The translations under genes were made by a program, and so were the position numbers. The notes beneath the pieces are model-generated. The model was given only the letters and a program-made list of their open reading frames with translations. It made no database searches and had not been told where the DNA came from. This document shows positions 30,961-41,586 of a stretch of DNA of 64,000 nt, piece by piece. Every line of letters starts with the position of its first letter. The stretch's first letter is position 1. This DNA is from Coleofasciculus sp. B1-GNL1-01 (GTDB lineage: Bacteria > Cyanobacteriota > Cyanobacteriia > Cyanobacteriales > Coleofasciculaceae): assembly GCA_040220235.1 (NCBI GenBank), contig JAVJTO010000051.1. One strand, 5' to 3'.

Positions 30961-31740
30961 ATGACTTATGCTGATCCAGATTTTATCCCCGTTGAAGAGC
31001 AGGAGGAAGAACCCAGTTATCCGGTGGCGTTTGGGATTACCTTCACGCCAAAAGTGTCCGGAATTGTCTTCGCTGTCTTAGGCGTTTTGGGAGCCGCTTA
31101 TCTAGCCATGAACGTGGTGCAGCCCGTGTGGCAAGAATACCAGGGCTTGAAGACGCAGCGTCAAGAAAAAGAGGGTCAACTCCAAGATCCCGAAGAAATT
31201 CAGCAGCAGATTCAACAGAAAGAACAAGAATTAGCTCAGGTAAAGCAGCAAAACCAAACGGTGACTGGTTTATTTGCTGATCAAGAATCGGTAAATACCT
31301 TGCTGCTCGATGTGAATCGGTTTATCAAAGACGCAGACGGAACATTGACGAGTTATGAACCTGTTCAAGTCAATGAAGAAAGCAATATCGTTACCGATAG
31401 TTCCCTGGGAGCAGCCGTTGACGGCAAACTCAAACGCCAAAGCTTTAATTTAGAGATGGAGGGCAGCTTTAACGAAATCCAGTCAATTTTACGGAGTATT
31501 GAGCGACTGCAAACCCTAGTCGTGGTGAAAGAGTTGACGACAGATATCAGCACACCGCAAGGGCTGTTAGTCGATGACAAAGGTACGGTGACACCCATTG
31601 TGCAGAAAGATGAAGAAATCATTCCCGGTGCTCCACCGACTCTGACAACAAGCTATAGACTGGATGTGTTGATGCCCTTGAGTGAGGAACAAAAGCAAGA
31701 GCAGGCAGCGGCAGCCGCCGCTGAAGGAGAAGCTCAGTAA
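30961..31740 (+). CDS. pilO: Type IV pilus assembly protein PilO
   Basis: YPVAFGITFTP, TM helix, coiled coil, TLLLDVNR, SILRSIERLQ; between pilN and pilQ. Confidence 0.85.
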   Translation: MTYADPDFIPVEEQEEEPSYPVAFGITFTPKVSGIVFAVLGVLGAAYLAMNVVQPVWQEYQGLKTQRQEKEGQLQDPEEIQQQIQQKEQELAQVKQQNQTVTGLFADQESVNTLLLDVNRFIKDADGTLTSYEPVQVNEESNIVTDSSLGAAVDGKLKRQSFNLEMEGSFNEIQSILRSIERLQTLVVVKELTTDISTPQGLLVDDKGTVTPIVQKDEEIIPGAPPTLTTSYRLDVLMPLSEEQKQEQAAAAAAEGEAQ

Positions 31741-31758
31741 AGCAAGGGGAGTAGGGCT

Positions 31759-31856
31759 GTAGGGGCGGGTTTTACAGATAACGTTGTGTTGGTGTCGAAT
31801 AGCTTGACTAAACCCGCCCTTGGGGAAGCAGGGGAAGCAGGGGAAGCAGGGGGAGA
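31759..31856. repeat. REP-like element plus 9-mer array between pilO and pilQ
   Basis: GTAGGGGCGGGTTT...AAACCCGCCCT followed by (GGGGAAGCA)n. Confidence 0.85.
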
Positions 31857-31941
31857 AATTCTTAACCTTGATTAATTTCTAATTTACCCCCAGCATAATT
31901 ATGATTAAGGTGGTTTAGAGGTCATAAGTGAGGAGTGAATT

Positions 31942-34767
31942 GTGAGACAGGAGCAACTGTTCAGTGGAATCGCGATCGCGACTGCCGTCTCTCTATCGAT
32001 AACCCAACCCGTCTGGGCGGCGACGGCTCAAGTTACCGATGTTCGGCTCAATCCCAGAGGTAGTAGTTTAGAGCTGATTCTAGAAACCCAAGCTGGGGAT
32101 CAGCGCCCCCAAGTTTTCCCGGTGAACCGGGGTAAGGATTGGGTGGCGGATATTGTCAATGTTCGGTTGAATTTGCCCGAAGGCAACAGCTTTCGTCAAG
32201 ACAACCCTATGGCTGGTATTACCGCTGTTACGGTGAGTCAAATCGAACCCAACAGCATTCGGGTAACGGTGAGTGGGAATGAAAATTCACCTCAGGGTCA
32301 AATTCTCCAGCAAGAATCTCAGGCAATTACTCTAGGAATTAATCCTGCTCCCAGCAATCAAGCCGCCGTTTCGATTCCGATTTCCTCGCCTTCTGGGGAG
32401 TCAGCGTCAATTACTCCACCAACGCTACCCTCCTCATCCACTAAACCGAATAGCGCTAGGAGTAGAGGAAATGTCAGTATTCCTCAGCTAGGAAGCAGAA
32501 GTGCAGGAATGCAGGGAACAGAAACAATTAACGCCGCTTCGAGTAATATTGCCGCTCAATCTGAGATTACCACTCCAGCGAATTTCAATCTTAATCCAAC
32601 ACTAGAAAATCAACAGAACAGTTCCATTCCGGTTACTCCGCCACCGAGGGAATCAGTCTCAACCGCTGCAAATTTACCCAATCCAGGGACAACTCGCTCC
32701 ACTTCAGAGTTCTCATCTCCCGCCACTTCCCGATCTCAATCCCAACGTTTCAATTCACCCCCAGTCGTTGCCCAAACCCCGACACCGGACTCTCCTGAAC
32801 CCAACCAAGCTCAACCTACTCCCGTCGTTCCCGCCCCCTCACCTGAGGTATTAGTTCCCGATCCTCAAATTACTATCGATGGGGTTCCTAGTGCACCTGC
32901 TGGTACGGTACAACCTGTAGCCCCTGCACCTCCCTTTTTACCCAGGGCGGTTGCGCCACCTGTGGGGGATATCGCGGTTTCTAATCTGAATGCCGCCGCC
33001 AGCGAGATTGACCTAGGAACAGCGGCGGTAGTCCCCCGCCTCTCCTTACGAGAAGCCCCTGTGCGAGAAGTCTTGGCACTCTTAGCGCGTTCTGCTGGAT
33101 TGAACCTTGCCTTTGCTGGAGGAGAGGATGGTCAGGCAGAAGCAGAAGCGGCAGCCCAGGAAACAATTTCCTTGGATTTGGAAAATGAACCCGTTCAAGA
33201 TGTGTTTAACTACGTCCTCCAACTCTCTGGACTCCAGGCAAACCGTCGGGGACGTACTATATTCGTTGGTGCTAACCTACCTGATGCAGCTCGCAATATT
33301 ATTAGCCGTACCCTTCGTTTAAATCAGGTTAACGTTGCTGACGCTTCAGCATTCCTAGGGGCACAAGGGGCTGAAACTCAAAGGATTGTAACGAGGACAA
33401 CCATTACGACTGAAGGAGAGGGTGCAGATCGCCGCAGGATTGAAGAAACAACAACAGAGATTAGACCACTAAAGGCAGAGGAAGGAGACGGACCTTTATT
33501 ACTCACTGGTCTAGGAGTAGCGACAGATGAACGCCTAAATTCCATCACCTTGATTGGGGAACCGCGCCAAGTTGAAATTGCCTCAGCTTTGTTGACTCAG
33601 CTAGATTTGCGGCGGCGTCAGGTAGCCATTAATGTCAAGATTGTTGATATCAACCTCTTGGGAACTGATGCGTTCAACACGAGCTTCTCCTTCGGTATTG
33701 ATGATGGCTTTTTCGCAGTTGATCAGGGTGCAGCTGTCTTTAATTACGGTGACTTTAGACCGCCAAGCCAACCACAGGTGACAGGAAGTACTGTCTCTCC
33801 ACCGATTATTCCCAACCCCTTTGAAGATGCCAATGTTTTCGTTGATCCAAACAACCCCATATTTGTGCCGGGAACTGTACCAGGAACGATAGAAGTTGGT
33901 CCTGGTGGTGTCCGAAGAATAGAAGGGCGAGGTGCTGGAGCTTTTCCCAATCCTTTTGTCAATTTAACTAACCCTCTGGAAGCAGGCATTATATCGATTA
34001 CCCCGGCAACGGACAACATTATTACTGTAAACGTGGATGCTGAAGGGAACATAACCAGAACTGCATCACAAGGTACAACGGGAACAATTACAACATCTTT
34101 ACCATCCCTGTTCCAGTTTCCAACCGAGTTCCTGGGGGAATTACAAGCTCAAATTACGAGTGGTAACGCGAAAATATTGACAGACCCAACCATCGTTGTC
34201 CAAGAAGGACAAACAGCTACAGTTAATCTAACTCAAGAGGTTGTCGGTAATATTAGTAGTGAGACGGAATCAGCAGATGGTCTTACTACTAGAACTGTAA
34301 CGGCAGAGATCCGGGAAGCCGGTTTAATCCTTGAATTAGTCGTAGATAGGATTGATGATAATGGTTTTGTCACTTTAGCCATTAATCCGGAAGTAACTTC
34401 CATTGGCAGTGTTCAAGACCTTTCAATTGGAGATGATACGAACCAAATAGCCCTATTGAATACGCGGGAACTGACCTCTGGACAAATTCGCCTACGAGAT
34501 GGGCAAACTCTAATACTGTCTGGTATTATCCAGGAATCAGACCGCACAACTGTAAGAAAAGTGCCTATTTTGGGTGATTTGCCGATTATAGGTGCTCTGT
34601 TTAGAAGTACAGAACGGCAGAATCAGAGGCAAGAGGTAATTGTGTTAGTGACTCCCCAGATTTTGGATGACTCAGAACGTAATGCCTTTGGCTACAACTA
34701 CACACCAGGGCGAGAGGCTCAGGAAGTGTTACAGCGTCGAGGGTTTCCCACGAGGGGTGGTTTCTAG
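31942..34767 (+). CDS. pilQ: Type IV pilus secretin PilQ (AMIN domain, long Pro/Ser linker, secretin domain)
   Basis: DERLNSITLIG, QVAINVKIVD, AKILTDPTIVVQEGQ, LILSGIIQ..RKVPILGDLPIIGALFRS. Confidence 0.92.
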   Translation: MRQEQLFSGIAIATAVSLSITQPVWAATAQVTDVRLNPRGSSLELILETQAGDQRPQVFPVNRGKDWVADIVNVRLNLPEGNSFRQDNPMAGITAVTVSQIEPNSIRVTVSGNENSPQGQILQQESQAITLGINPAPSNQAAVSIPISSPSGESASITPPTLPSSSTKPNSARSRGNVSIPQLGSRSAGMQGTETINAASSNIAAQSEITTPANFNLNPTLENQQNSSIPVTPPPRESVSTAANLPNPGTTRSTSEFSSPATSRSQSQRFNSPPVVAQTPTPDSPEPNQAQPTPVVPAPSPEVLVPDPQITIDGVPSAPAGTVQPVAPAPPFLPRAVAPPVGDIAVSNLNAAASEIDLGTAAVVPRLSLREAPVREVLALLARSAGLNLAFAGGEDGQAEAEAAAQETISLDLENEPVQDVFNYVLQLSGLQANRRGRTIFVGANLPDAARNIISRTLRLNQVNVADASAFLGAQGAETQRIVTRTTITTEGEGADRRRIEETTTEIRPLKAEEGDGPLLLTGLGVATDERLNSITLIGEPRQVEIASALLTQLDLRRRQVAINVKIVDINLLGTDAFNTSFSFGIDDGFFAVDQGAAVFNYGDFRPPSQPQVTGSTVSPPIIPNPFEDANVFVDPNNPIFVPGTVPGTIEVGPGGVRRIEGRGAGAFPNPFVNLTNPLEAGIISITPATDNIITVNVDAEGNITRTASQGTTGTITTSLPSLFQFPTEFLGELQAQITSGNAKILTDPTIVVQEGQTATVNLTQEVVGNISSETESADGLTTRTVTAEIREAGLILELVVDRIDDNGFVTLAINPEVTSIGSVQDLSIGDDTNQIALLNTRELTSGQIRLRDGQTLILSGIIQESDRTTVRKVPILGDLPIIGALFRSTERQNQRQEVIVLVTPQILDDSERNAFGYNYTPGREAQEVLQRRGFPTRGGF

Positions 34768-34801
34768 ACTATCGGTTCAGCTATAGGGACACGGCAGTGC
34801 C

Positions 34802-35053
34802 CATTGGTGTCAGCTTAAGCTCTTGCCAGAACGCAATATTTTGACACAACCCCTCCCTAACCCTCCCCTTACCAAGGGGAGGGAACGTTTCCCGCCCATG
34901 CGTGTCAACTTAAGCCACAACCCTTGCCAATCCTAATTTTCAGCGAGGGTGTCTCTGCTCCCCCTGCTCCCAGACGCGCCATGGCACGTCTCTACATTAC
35001 TCCCCCTGTTTCCCCAGCTTCCCCTGCTTTTGGCGCTTAAGTTGACACCAATG
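34802..35053. mobile_element. MITE-like element with 19-bp terminal inverted repeats and nested repeats
   Basis: CATTGGTGTCAGCTTAAGC ... GCTTAAGTTGACACCAATG (18/19 match); a related end lies at 61316-61333. Confidence 0.7.
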
Positions 35054-35358
35054 ACGGAGCGTGCGCCCCTACGGAAGTCGGGGATCTAATGTCCGTTTTT
35101 CCGGCAAGTTTAGCGGAATATTAAAAAATATAGTCGGTATTTATACTCAAAAATCCCGAAATCTACATAATTTAAAGGTTTCAACGTTCCATATCTGGCA
35201 ATCAGCCATTAGAATAATGCAGTGAAACTTCGAGCCGGTGGGTATTTCAGGCATTTTTCCCGGAAATCCCTGGTTCTGGGGGTCAAATACTGAACTCTAG
35301 ACTAATGGGTTAGAGTAAGCGTTGACCTTTGATTCACGCAGAAATAAGGAGATTTATG

Positions 35359-35640
35359 ATGAACAAGGGCGAATTAGTGGATAAAGTGGCGGAAAAAGCT
35401 GCTGTGACAAAAAAACAGGCGGATGCGGTGTTAACTGCGGCATTGGAATCAATTATGGAAGCTGTCTCTGAGGGCGATAAAGTCACCTTAGTTGGCTTCG
35501 GTTCCTTTGAATCGCGGGAACGCAAAGCCCGTGAGGGACGCAACCCAAAAACTGGCGATAAGATGGAAATCCCGGCGACGAAGGTTCCGGCGTTTTCTGC
35601 TGGAAAGCTGTTTAAGGAAAAAGTTGCCCCTCCCAAGTAA
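35359..35640 (+). CDS. hup: DNA-binding protein HU
   Basis: MNKGELVDKVA...VTLVGFGSFE.RERKAREGRNPKTG; RBS AAGGAG. Confidence 0.96.
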   Translation: MNKGELVDKVAEKAAVTKKQADAVLTAALESIMEAVSEGDKVTLVGFGSFESRERKAREGRNPKTGDKMEIPATKVPAFSAGKLFKEKVAPPK

Positions 35641-35680
35641 GGGTGTGAGTCAAGCCTGATTGGTGAAGATAACAGACAAT

Positions 35681-35708
35681 GTAGAGACGTAGCATGCTAC
35701 GTCTCTAC
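35681..35708. repeat. REP-like palindrome
   Basis: GTAGAGACGTAGCATGCTACGTCTCTAC. Confidence 0.9.
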
Positions 35709-35734
35709 GGACGGATTTTGAGGAGACGTGATCC

Positions 35735-36889
35735 TTGAAACGACCCATTCACGGGGGAAATCTAGCCTGGGCTGCGGCGCAGGTAGGTTGTTCCCCTTCC
35801 CTGATTCTGGATTTTTCGGCGAGTATCAATCCTTTGGGACCGCCAAAATCTGCGATCGCGGCGATTGAGTCTCATCTAGATGACTTAGTTGCTTACCCTG
35901 CACCAGATTACTACCCGTTACGAGTAGCTCTGAGTCAACTCCATCCCACTGTGAACCCTGACTGGATTCTACCGGGGAATGGCTCGGCTGAGTTGTTAAC
36001 CTGGGCAGCCAGGGAACTCTCAGAACTGGAGGAAACGATTATTTTGACTCCCGCCTTTAGCGACTACCAACGGGCGCTGAGGGCGTTTAATGCCAGAATC
36101 AGGGCGTGTCTTTTATTTGGGGAAGATGAGGGAGATGGGGAAGATGGGGGAGTTGTCTCAACACTCAGTCAGGGCGGGTTTTGCCCAAAGGTTATCATCA
36201 ATAGCCAAAACAAAATCCCTAAACCCGCCCCTACATTGCCGCTTGTTCCTGGCAAACGTCAGGGTTTGCTGCTGAATAACCCGCATAATCCGACAGGTCA
36301 ATTATGGGATAAAGCCAGCCTGCTGCCTTATTTGGAACAATTTGCTTTGGTGGTTGTGGATGAAGCCTTTATGGACTTTTTGCCACCGGATCAGCAGCAA
36401 AGCCTGATTCGGTGGGTTCAGGATTATCCCAATCTGGTCATTTTGCGATCGCTAACTAAATTCTACAGCCTTCCTGGACTCCGTTTAGGTTATGCGATCG
36501 CTCATCCTGAACGGCTACAACGCTGGCAACAGTGGCGTGATCCTTGGTCGGTAAATGTCCTGGCTGAGGCGGCTGCGATTGCGGTGGTGCAGGATCAGGA
36601 ATTTCAACACCAAACTTGGGACTGGCTACCCGCCGCGCGATCGTATCTGTTTCAAGGGTTATCATCGTTACCAGGGTTACATCCCTATCCCAGCGCGGCT
36701 AACTTTCTACTGGTACAGTCAGAACACTCCTGTTCCCAACTGCAGGAACACCTACTCAAGCACCATCGTATTCTAATTCGGGATTGCTTGAGCTTTCCGG
36801 AATTAGGCGATGGTTATTTTCGAGTCGCTATTCGTACCCAAGCGGATAATCAACGTTTATTAGATGCTTTAAACGCTGTTATAAATTAG
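35735..36889 (+). CDS. cobD: Threonine-phosphate decarboxylase (PLP aminotransferase class I/II)
   Basis: HGGN, LDFSASINPLG, GNGSAELL, NNPHNPTG, VDEAFMDF, RSLTKFYSLPGLRLGY. Confidence 0.88.
   Translation: MKRPIHGGNLAWAAAQVGCSPSLILDFSASINPLGPPKSAIAAIESHLDDLVAYPAPDYYPLRVALSQLHPTVNPDWILPGNGSAELLTWAARELSELEETIILTPAFSDYQRALRAFNARIRACLLFGEDEGDGEDGGVVSTLSQGGFCPKVIINSQNKIPKPAPTLPLVPGKRQGLLLNNPHNPTGQLWDKASLLPYLEQFALVVVDEAFMDFLPPDQQQSLIRWVQDYPNLVILRSLTKFYSLPGLRLGYAIAHPERLQRWQQWRDPWSVNVLAEAAAIAVVQDQEFQHQTWDWLPAARSYLFQGLSSLPGLHPYPSAANFLLVQSEHSCSQLQEHLLKHHRILIRDCLSFPELGDGYFRVAIRTQADNQRLLDALNAVIN
36119..36235 (+). repeat. 9-mer repeats plus REP-like element inserted in frame in cobD
   Basis: GTCAGGGCGGGTTT..AAAGGTTATCATCAATAGC..CCCTAAACCCGCCCCTACA is nearly identical to the copies at 42961-43109. 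Confidence 0.85.
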
Positions 36890-37027
36890 GAATTATGAAT
36901 CGGAATTATTTTTTAAATGCAGAGGTACGCAGAGGTTAGCGTAGAGGGACGCAGAGGAATTGGGAGTATTGGTGTGAAAATTTTATAGAATTGGGGAGAC
37001 AAGCGGAAATGATATGACAAATGAAAA

Positions 37028-38731
37028 ATGACAAAAGATTATGACCTTATTGTAATTGGTAATAGCAGGGCGGGTGCTTATGCTGCCTTGGCTGCGACTT
37101 ACTTAAAGGCTCGTGTTGCCTTGATTGAACCAGAAAACCTTCAGAGTAACTGGTTAGGTCAAGAAGCACTTTATAATCAGGCATTGATGCAGGTGGGGCG
37201 AGTTCTTCAGCAAGTACGGAAAGCACCTAAATTTGGAATTGATTCGGCTATAAATTACTCAATTCCCGATACGGCTGAGTTAGAAAAACAGTTAGTTAAA
37301 CAATCAGGGGAAGTATGTAGAGACGAGCCATGGCAGGTTGGGGAAGCAGAGAAAGAGGATATTAGAACGTATCTGAGTCCTCTTGAGTCAACCGCCCACT
37401 TTCCTACTGTAGAAATTCCTGACGCAATGGAATGGGCAGAGATGGTGGTTTCTACCTGTTCTGAAGCGACTTCTCCAGCAATTTTGGCATCTTTCGGTGT
37501 AGATATAATTTCTGGCAATGGAGAATTTTGTCGCTTGCCTCACCTAGGCTTTGTTGTCAATAACCGACGCTTGCGAGCCAGGGCGTATCTGATTGCAACG
37601 GGATCTTGCCCAGAAATTCCTGATATTGATGGGCTAGAGACAATCCGTTACTGTACCCCTAGAGATATCTGGAAGTATGTAGACACGTCTAAAGGCAAAG
37701 TTATCGGTGCAAATTTGACTGATACCGTTCCTCAAGAAACCGATAAAGTAACCAAACCTAGTCCTCAAGGAAAACCGAAGAACCTAGAAGAAACTATTCC
37801 ATTTCAGTTACAGAAAAATTGGTTAGTTGTTGGTAGCACTCCCAATGCGATCGAACTCGCTCAAACATTAGCGAGGCTGGATTGCCAGGTGACACTGGCG
37901 GTGAGTGAGGCTCTTATTTTTCCCCAAGAAGACGCAGAGGCGTCGCGTCTGGTGCAAGCGCAATTAGAAGCCGAAGGAATTCGTGTTTTGACTCAAAGTC
38001 CGGTGACTCAGATAAAGTGGATTGAGGGGAAAAAATGGGTGCAAGTGGGAAATCGAGCAATTGAAACCGATGAAATTTTGTTGGCGACGGGTCAAACGCC
38101 TAATATTGAATCGTTAAATTTAGCCGGGGTTGGGGTCAAGTTTTTCCGAAAGGGGTTGAAACTCAATCCAAAACTGCAAACCACTAATCCTCGAATCTAT
38201 GCTTGTGGTGATGTGATTGGCGGTTATCAATTTGATCATATTGCCGAATACGAAGCCAGTATTGCGATCAAAAATGCTTTATTTTTTCCACGATGGACTG
38301 TGGATTATCAGGGCATTCCTTGGGCAATTTTTACTGATCCAACCTTAGCACGGGTGGGGTTAACGGAAGCGCAAGCCAGACGGCGTTATGGTAAGAATGT
38401 TTGGGTGGTGCGACAGTATTTCAAAACTTTGGATAAGGCGCAGATTCTGGGTGAAACGACGGGATTTTGCAAACTGGTGCTGCGTCGGAATGGGACAATT
38501 TTAGGTGGATTAATCGTGGGAGCAAATGCTGATGAATTGATTGGTGCGATCGCGCTACTAATTCGCCATAAAATTAAAGTGGGTTCACTGGCTAAAATGC
38601 CGCAAGCTTCGCCTACAATGTCAGAGATTCTTTATAAAACAGCGCAGGAGTGGCAACGTCAACGGTTAGAGGATAATAAGATATTACAAAATCTACTGGA
38701 AAGCTTTTTTAACTGGCGACGGAAGTGGTGA
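37028..38731 (+). CDS. Dihydrolipoamide dehydrogenase/mercuric reductase-like FAD oxidoreductase, degenerate active site
   Basis: YDLIVIG, YLIATGS, TTNPRIYACGDVIG, IPWAIFTDP.LARVGLTE; lacks the CxxxxC motif. Confidence 0.8.
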   Translation: MTKDYDLIVIGNSRAGAYAALAATYLKARVALIEPENLQSNWLGQEALYNQALMQVGRVLQQVRKAPKFGIDSAINYSIPDTAELEKQLVKQSGEVCRDEPWQVGEAEKEDIRTYLSPLESTAHFPTVEIPDAMEWAEMVVSTCSEATSPAILASFGVDIISGNGEFCRLPHLGFVVNNRRLRARAYLIATGSCPEIPDIDGLETIRYCTPRDIWKYVDTSKGKVIGANLTDTVPQETDKVTKPSPQGKPKNLEETIPFQLQKNWLVVGSTPNAIELAQTLARLDCQVTLAVSEALIFPQEDAEASRLVQAQLEAEGIRVLTQSPVTQIKWIEGKKWVQVGNRAIETDEILLATGQTPNIESLNLAGVGVKFFRKGLKLNPKLQTTNPRIYACGDVIGGYQFDHIAEYEASIAIKNALFFPRWTVDYQGIPWAIFTDPTLARVGLTEAQARRRYGKNVWVVRQYFKTLDKAQILGETTGFCKLVLRRNGTILGGLIVGANADELIGAIALLIRHKIKVGSLAKMPQASPTMSEILYKTAQEWQRQRLEDNKILQNLLESFFNWRRKW

Positions 38732-38904
38732 GTTGATGCAGACGAATGGGGAGCATCCCGTTTTGGACAAAGCATTACCTCAAGTAACGCAATTGCAAGG
38801 GTTTCAGCCCCATTCAAAGAGCCAACGTGCCAAATTGGGATGCTCCCGACGAATGTAGCATCGTTCATAAGTATGGCATCATCTTGCTCAGGGACAATGT
38901 ACCC

Positions 38905-38955
38905 TTGCTCCCCCAGCTTCCCCAGCTTCCCCAGCTTCCCCATCTCCCCCTCACC
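38905..38955. repeat. 9-mer array (CCCCAGCTT)n
   Basis: Directly visible. Confidence 0.8.
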
Positions 38956-39004
38956 TCACCACTTATTCAGCAGCCCCTAAAATAGTGGGTTTTTACGCTC
39001 TGCC

Positions 39005-40207
<1,203 letters not shown>

Positions 40208-40369
40208 TCAGCCAAGGCGATTGAAATCGCAGCTACACAAACAAAGTCCGCCTGCGCGGACTGGGTTATAAGGGAGGTAGCTAACCCGGATTTGGTATAA
40301 TGCTTATATCTAAATTATAAATTATGCACAAAACAAATTGGTTAACAAATGACTAATGACCAATGACCA

Positions 40370-40972
40370 ATGACAAACCCAGTTATTCTCGTTCACGGTA
40401 TTTTTCGCACCTCATCAGTTTTCCGCAAACTCTCTCCCTACCTCAAAAAACAAGGTTTTTCCGTTTATACCCTTGACCTCAAACCAAATAACGCCACATT
40501 GGGTTTAGACCAAATGGCAGCCCAATTAGCTAATTTTGTCAACCAAACATTCCCCCTCAATCAACCCATTGATTTAGTCGGTTTAAGTATGGGAGGACTC
40601 GTCACTCGCTATTATGTGCAGCGATTAGGTGGAATTAACCGAGTGCAGCGTTACATTACCATTTCCGCCCCCCATCACGGCACCTGGTTAGCCTACCTAT
40701 TGAACCGTCGCGCCTGCGTGCAAATGCGCCCAGGAAATCCTTTGCTAGAGGATTTAAACCGAGATGTCCAGATGTTAGAACGCCTCAATTTTACCTCAAT
40801 TTGGACACCCTGGGATTTTATTATTATTCCGGGTAATAGTTCACGAATGCCCGTAGGTCAAGATGTGAAAATTCCTGTTTTAGCCCATGCTTGTATGGTG
40901 ATTAATCCTCACAGTATGCAAGCAGTAGCTACGGCTTTATCCGAACCCTTTTATCAAATTAAGGCAAATTAG
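40370..40972 (+). CDS. Alpha/beta hydrolase (lipase/esterase)
   Basis: PVILVHG, GLSMGG nucleophile elbow, ISAPHHGT. Confidence 0.88.
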   Translation: MTNPVILVHGIFRTSSVFRKLSPYLKKQGFSVYTLDLKPNNATLGLDQMAAQLANFVNQTFPLNQPIDLVGLSMGGLVTRYYVQRLGGINRVQRYITISAPHHGTWLAYLLNRRACVQMRPGNPLLEDLNRDVQMLERLNFTSIWTPWDFIIIPGNSSRMPVGQDVKIPVLAHACMVINPHSMQAVATALSEPFYQIKAN

Positions 40973-41032
40973 GTTTGTAGTTCGTAGTAAGGGCTTTAGC
41001 CCTATTTTAATGATAGGTGTTACCTCAAAACA

Positions 41033-41461
41033 TTACCGATCGCCAATCGCCGCTAACTCGTGACTGCCGAAAATTGCCTCTGGATGAGCATAAAATTTAA
41101 ACTCCATTAAATTATAAAAGGGGTCTTGTAAGAAAAAGGTGCGATGTTCCGTCACATCACCCGGAAAGCGTCGCTTCGGTTGCTGATAGAATTGAAGCTG
41201 CTGCTGTTGGGCGCGATCGCATAAGGCTTGCCAATCAGCTTCAGTGGTAAAAATCAAGCCAAAGTGACGCGGATAAATTCCCCGTTGTGGCGTTAAGGGT
41301 TCATCAGTGAGATGGGCTACCAGTTGATGCCCATAGAGGTTTAAAATGACCGCTTGACGGGTTTCTCGCCCAATGTCACAGCCGAGTCCTCTACCATAAT
41401 AGTCTTTGGTTTGCTCAATATCGCTAACGGGAAATGCCAAATGGAAGAGAATGGGATTCAT
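41033..41461 (-). CDS. VOC/glyoxalase family protein
   Basis: FHLAFPV, LYGHQLVAH, PRHFGLIF, FFLQDPFYNLMEFK. Confidence 0.88.
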   Translation of the reverse strand: MNPILFHLAFPVSDIEQTKDYYGRGLGCDIGRETRQAVILNLYGHQLVAHLTDEPLTPQRGIYPRHFGLIFTTEADWQALCDRAQQQQLQFYQQPKRRFPGDVTEHRTFFLQDPFYNLMEFKFYAHPEAIFGSHELAAIGDR

Positions 41462-41586
41462 CGCTACTACTTGAAGTTCTGCCTAATCCTATAATCACCC
41501 TAAACGGTTATTCATCGATCGCATACCCGAAACTGTCGCCTACGATACACCCGGCAACGTCCTCTTAACCCTTAAGATACGCCATG

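Noticed and set aside
28963..34767. Missing pilP in the pil operon
   Set aside because: pilMNOQ without pilP is the normal cyanobacterial arrangement.
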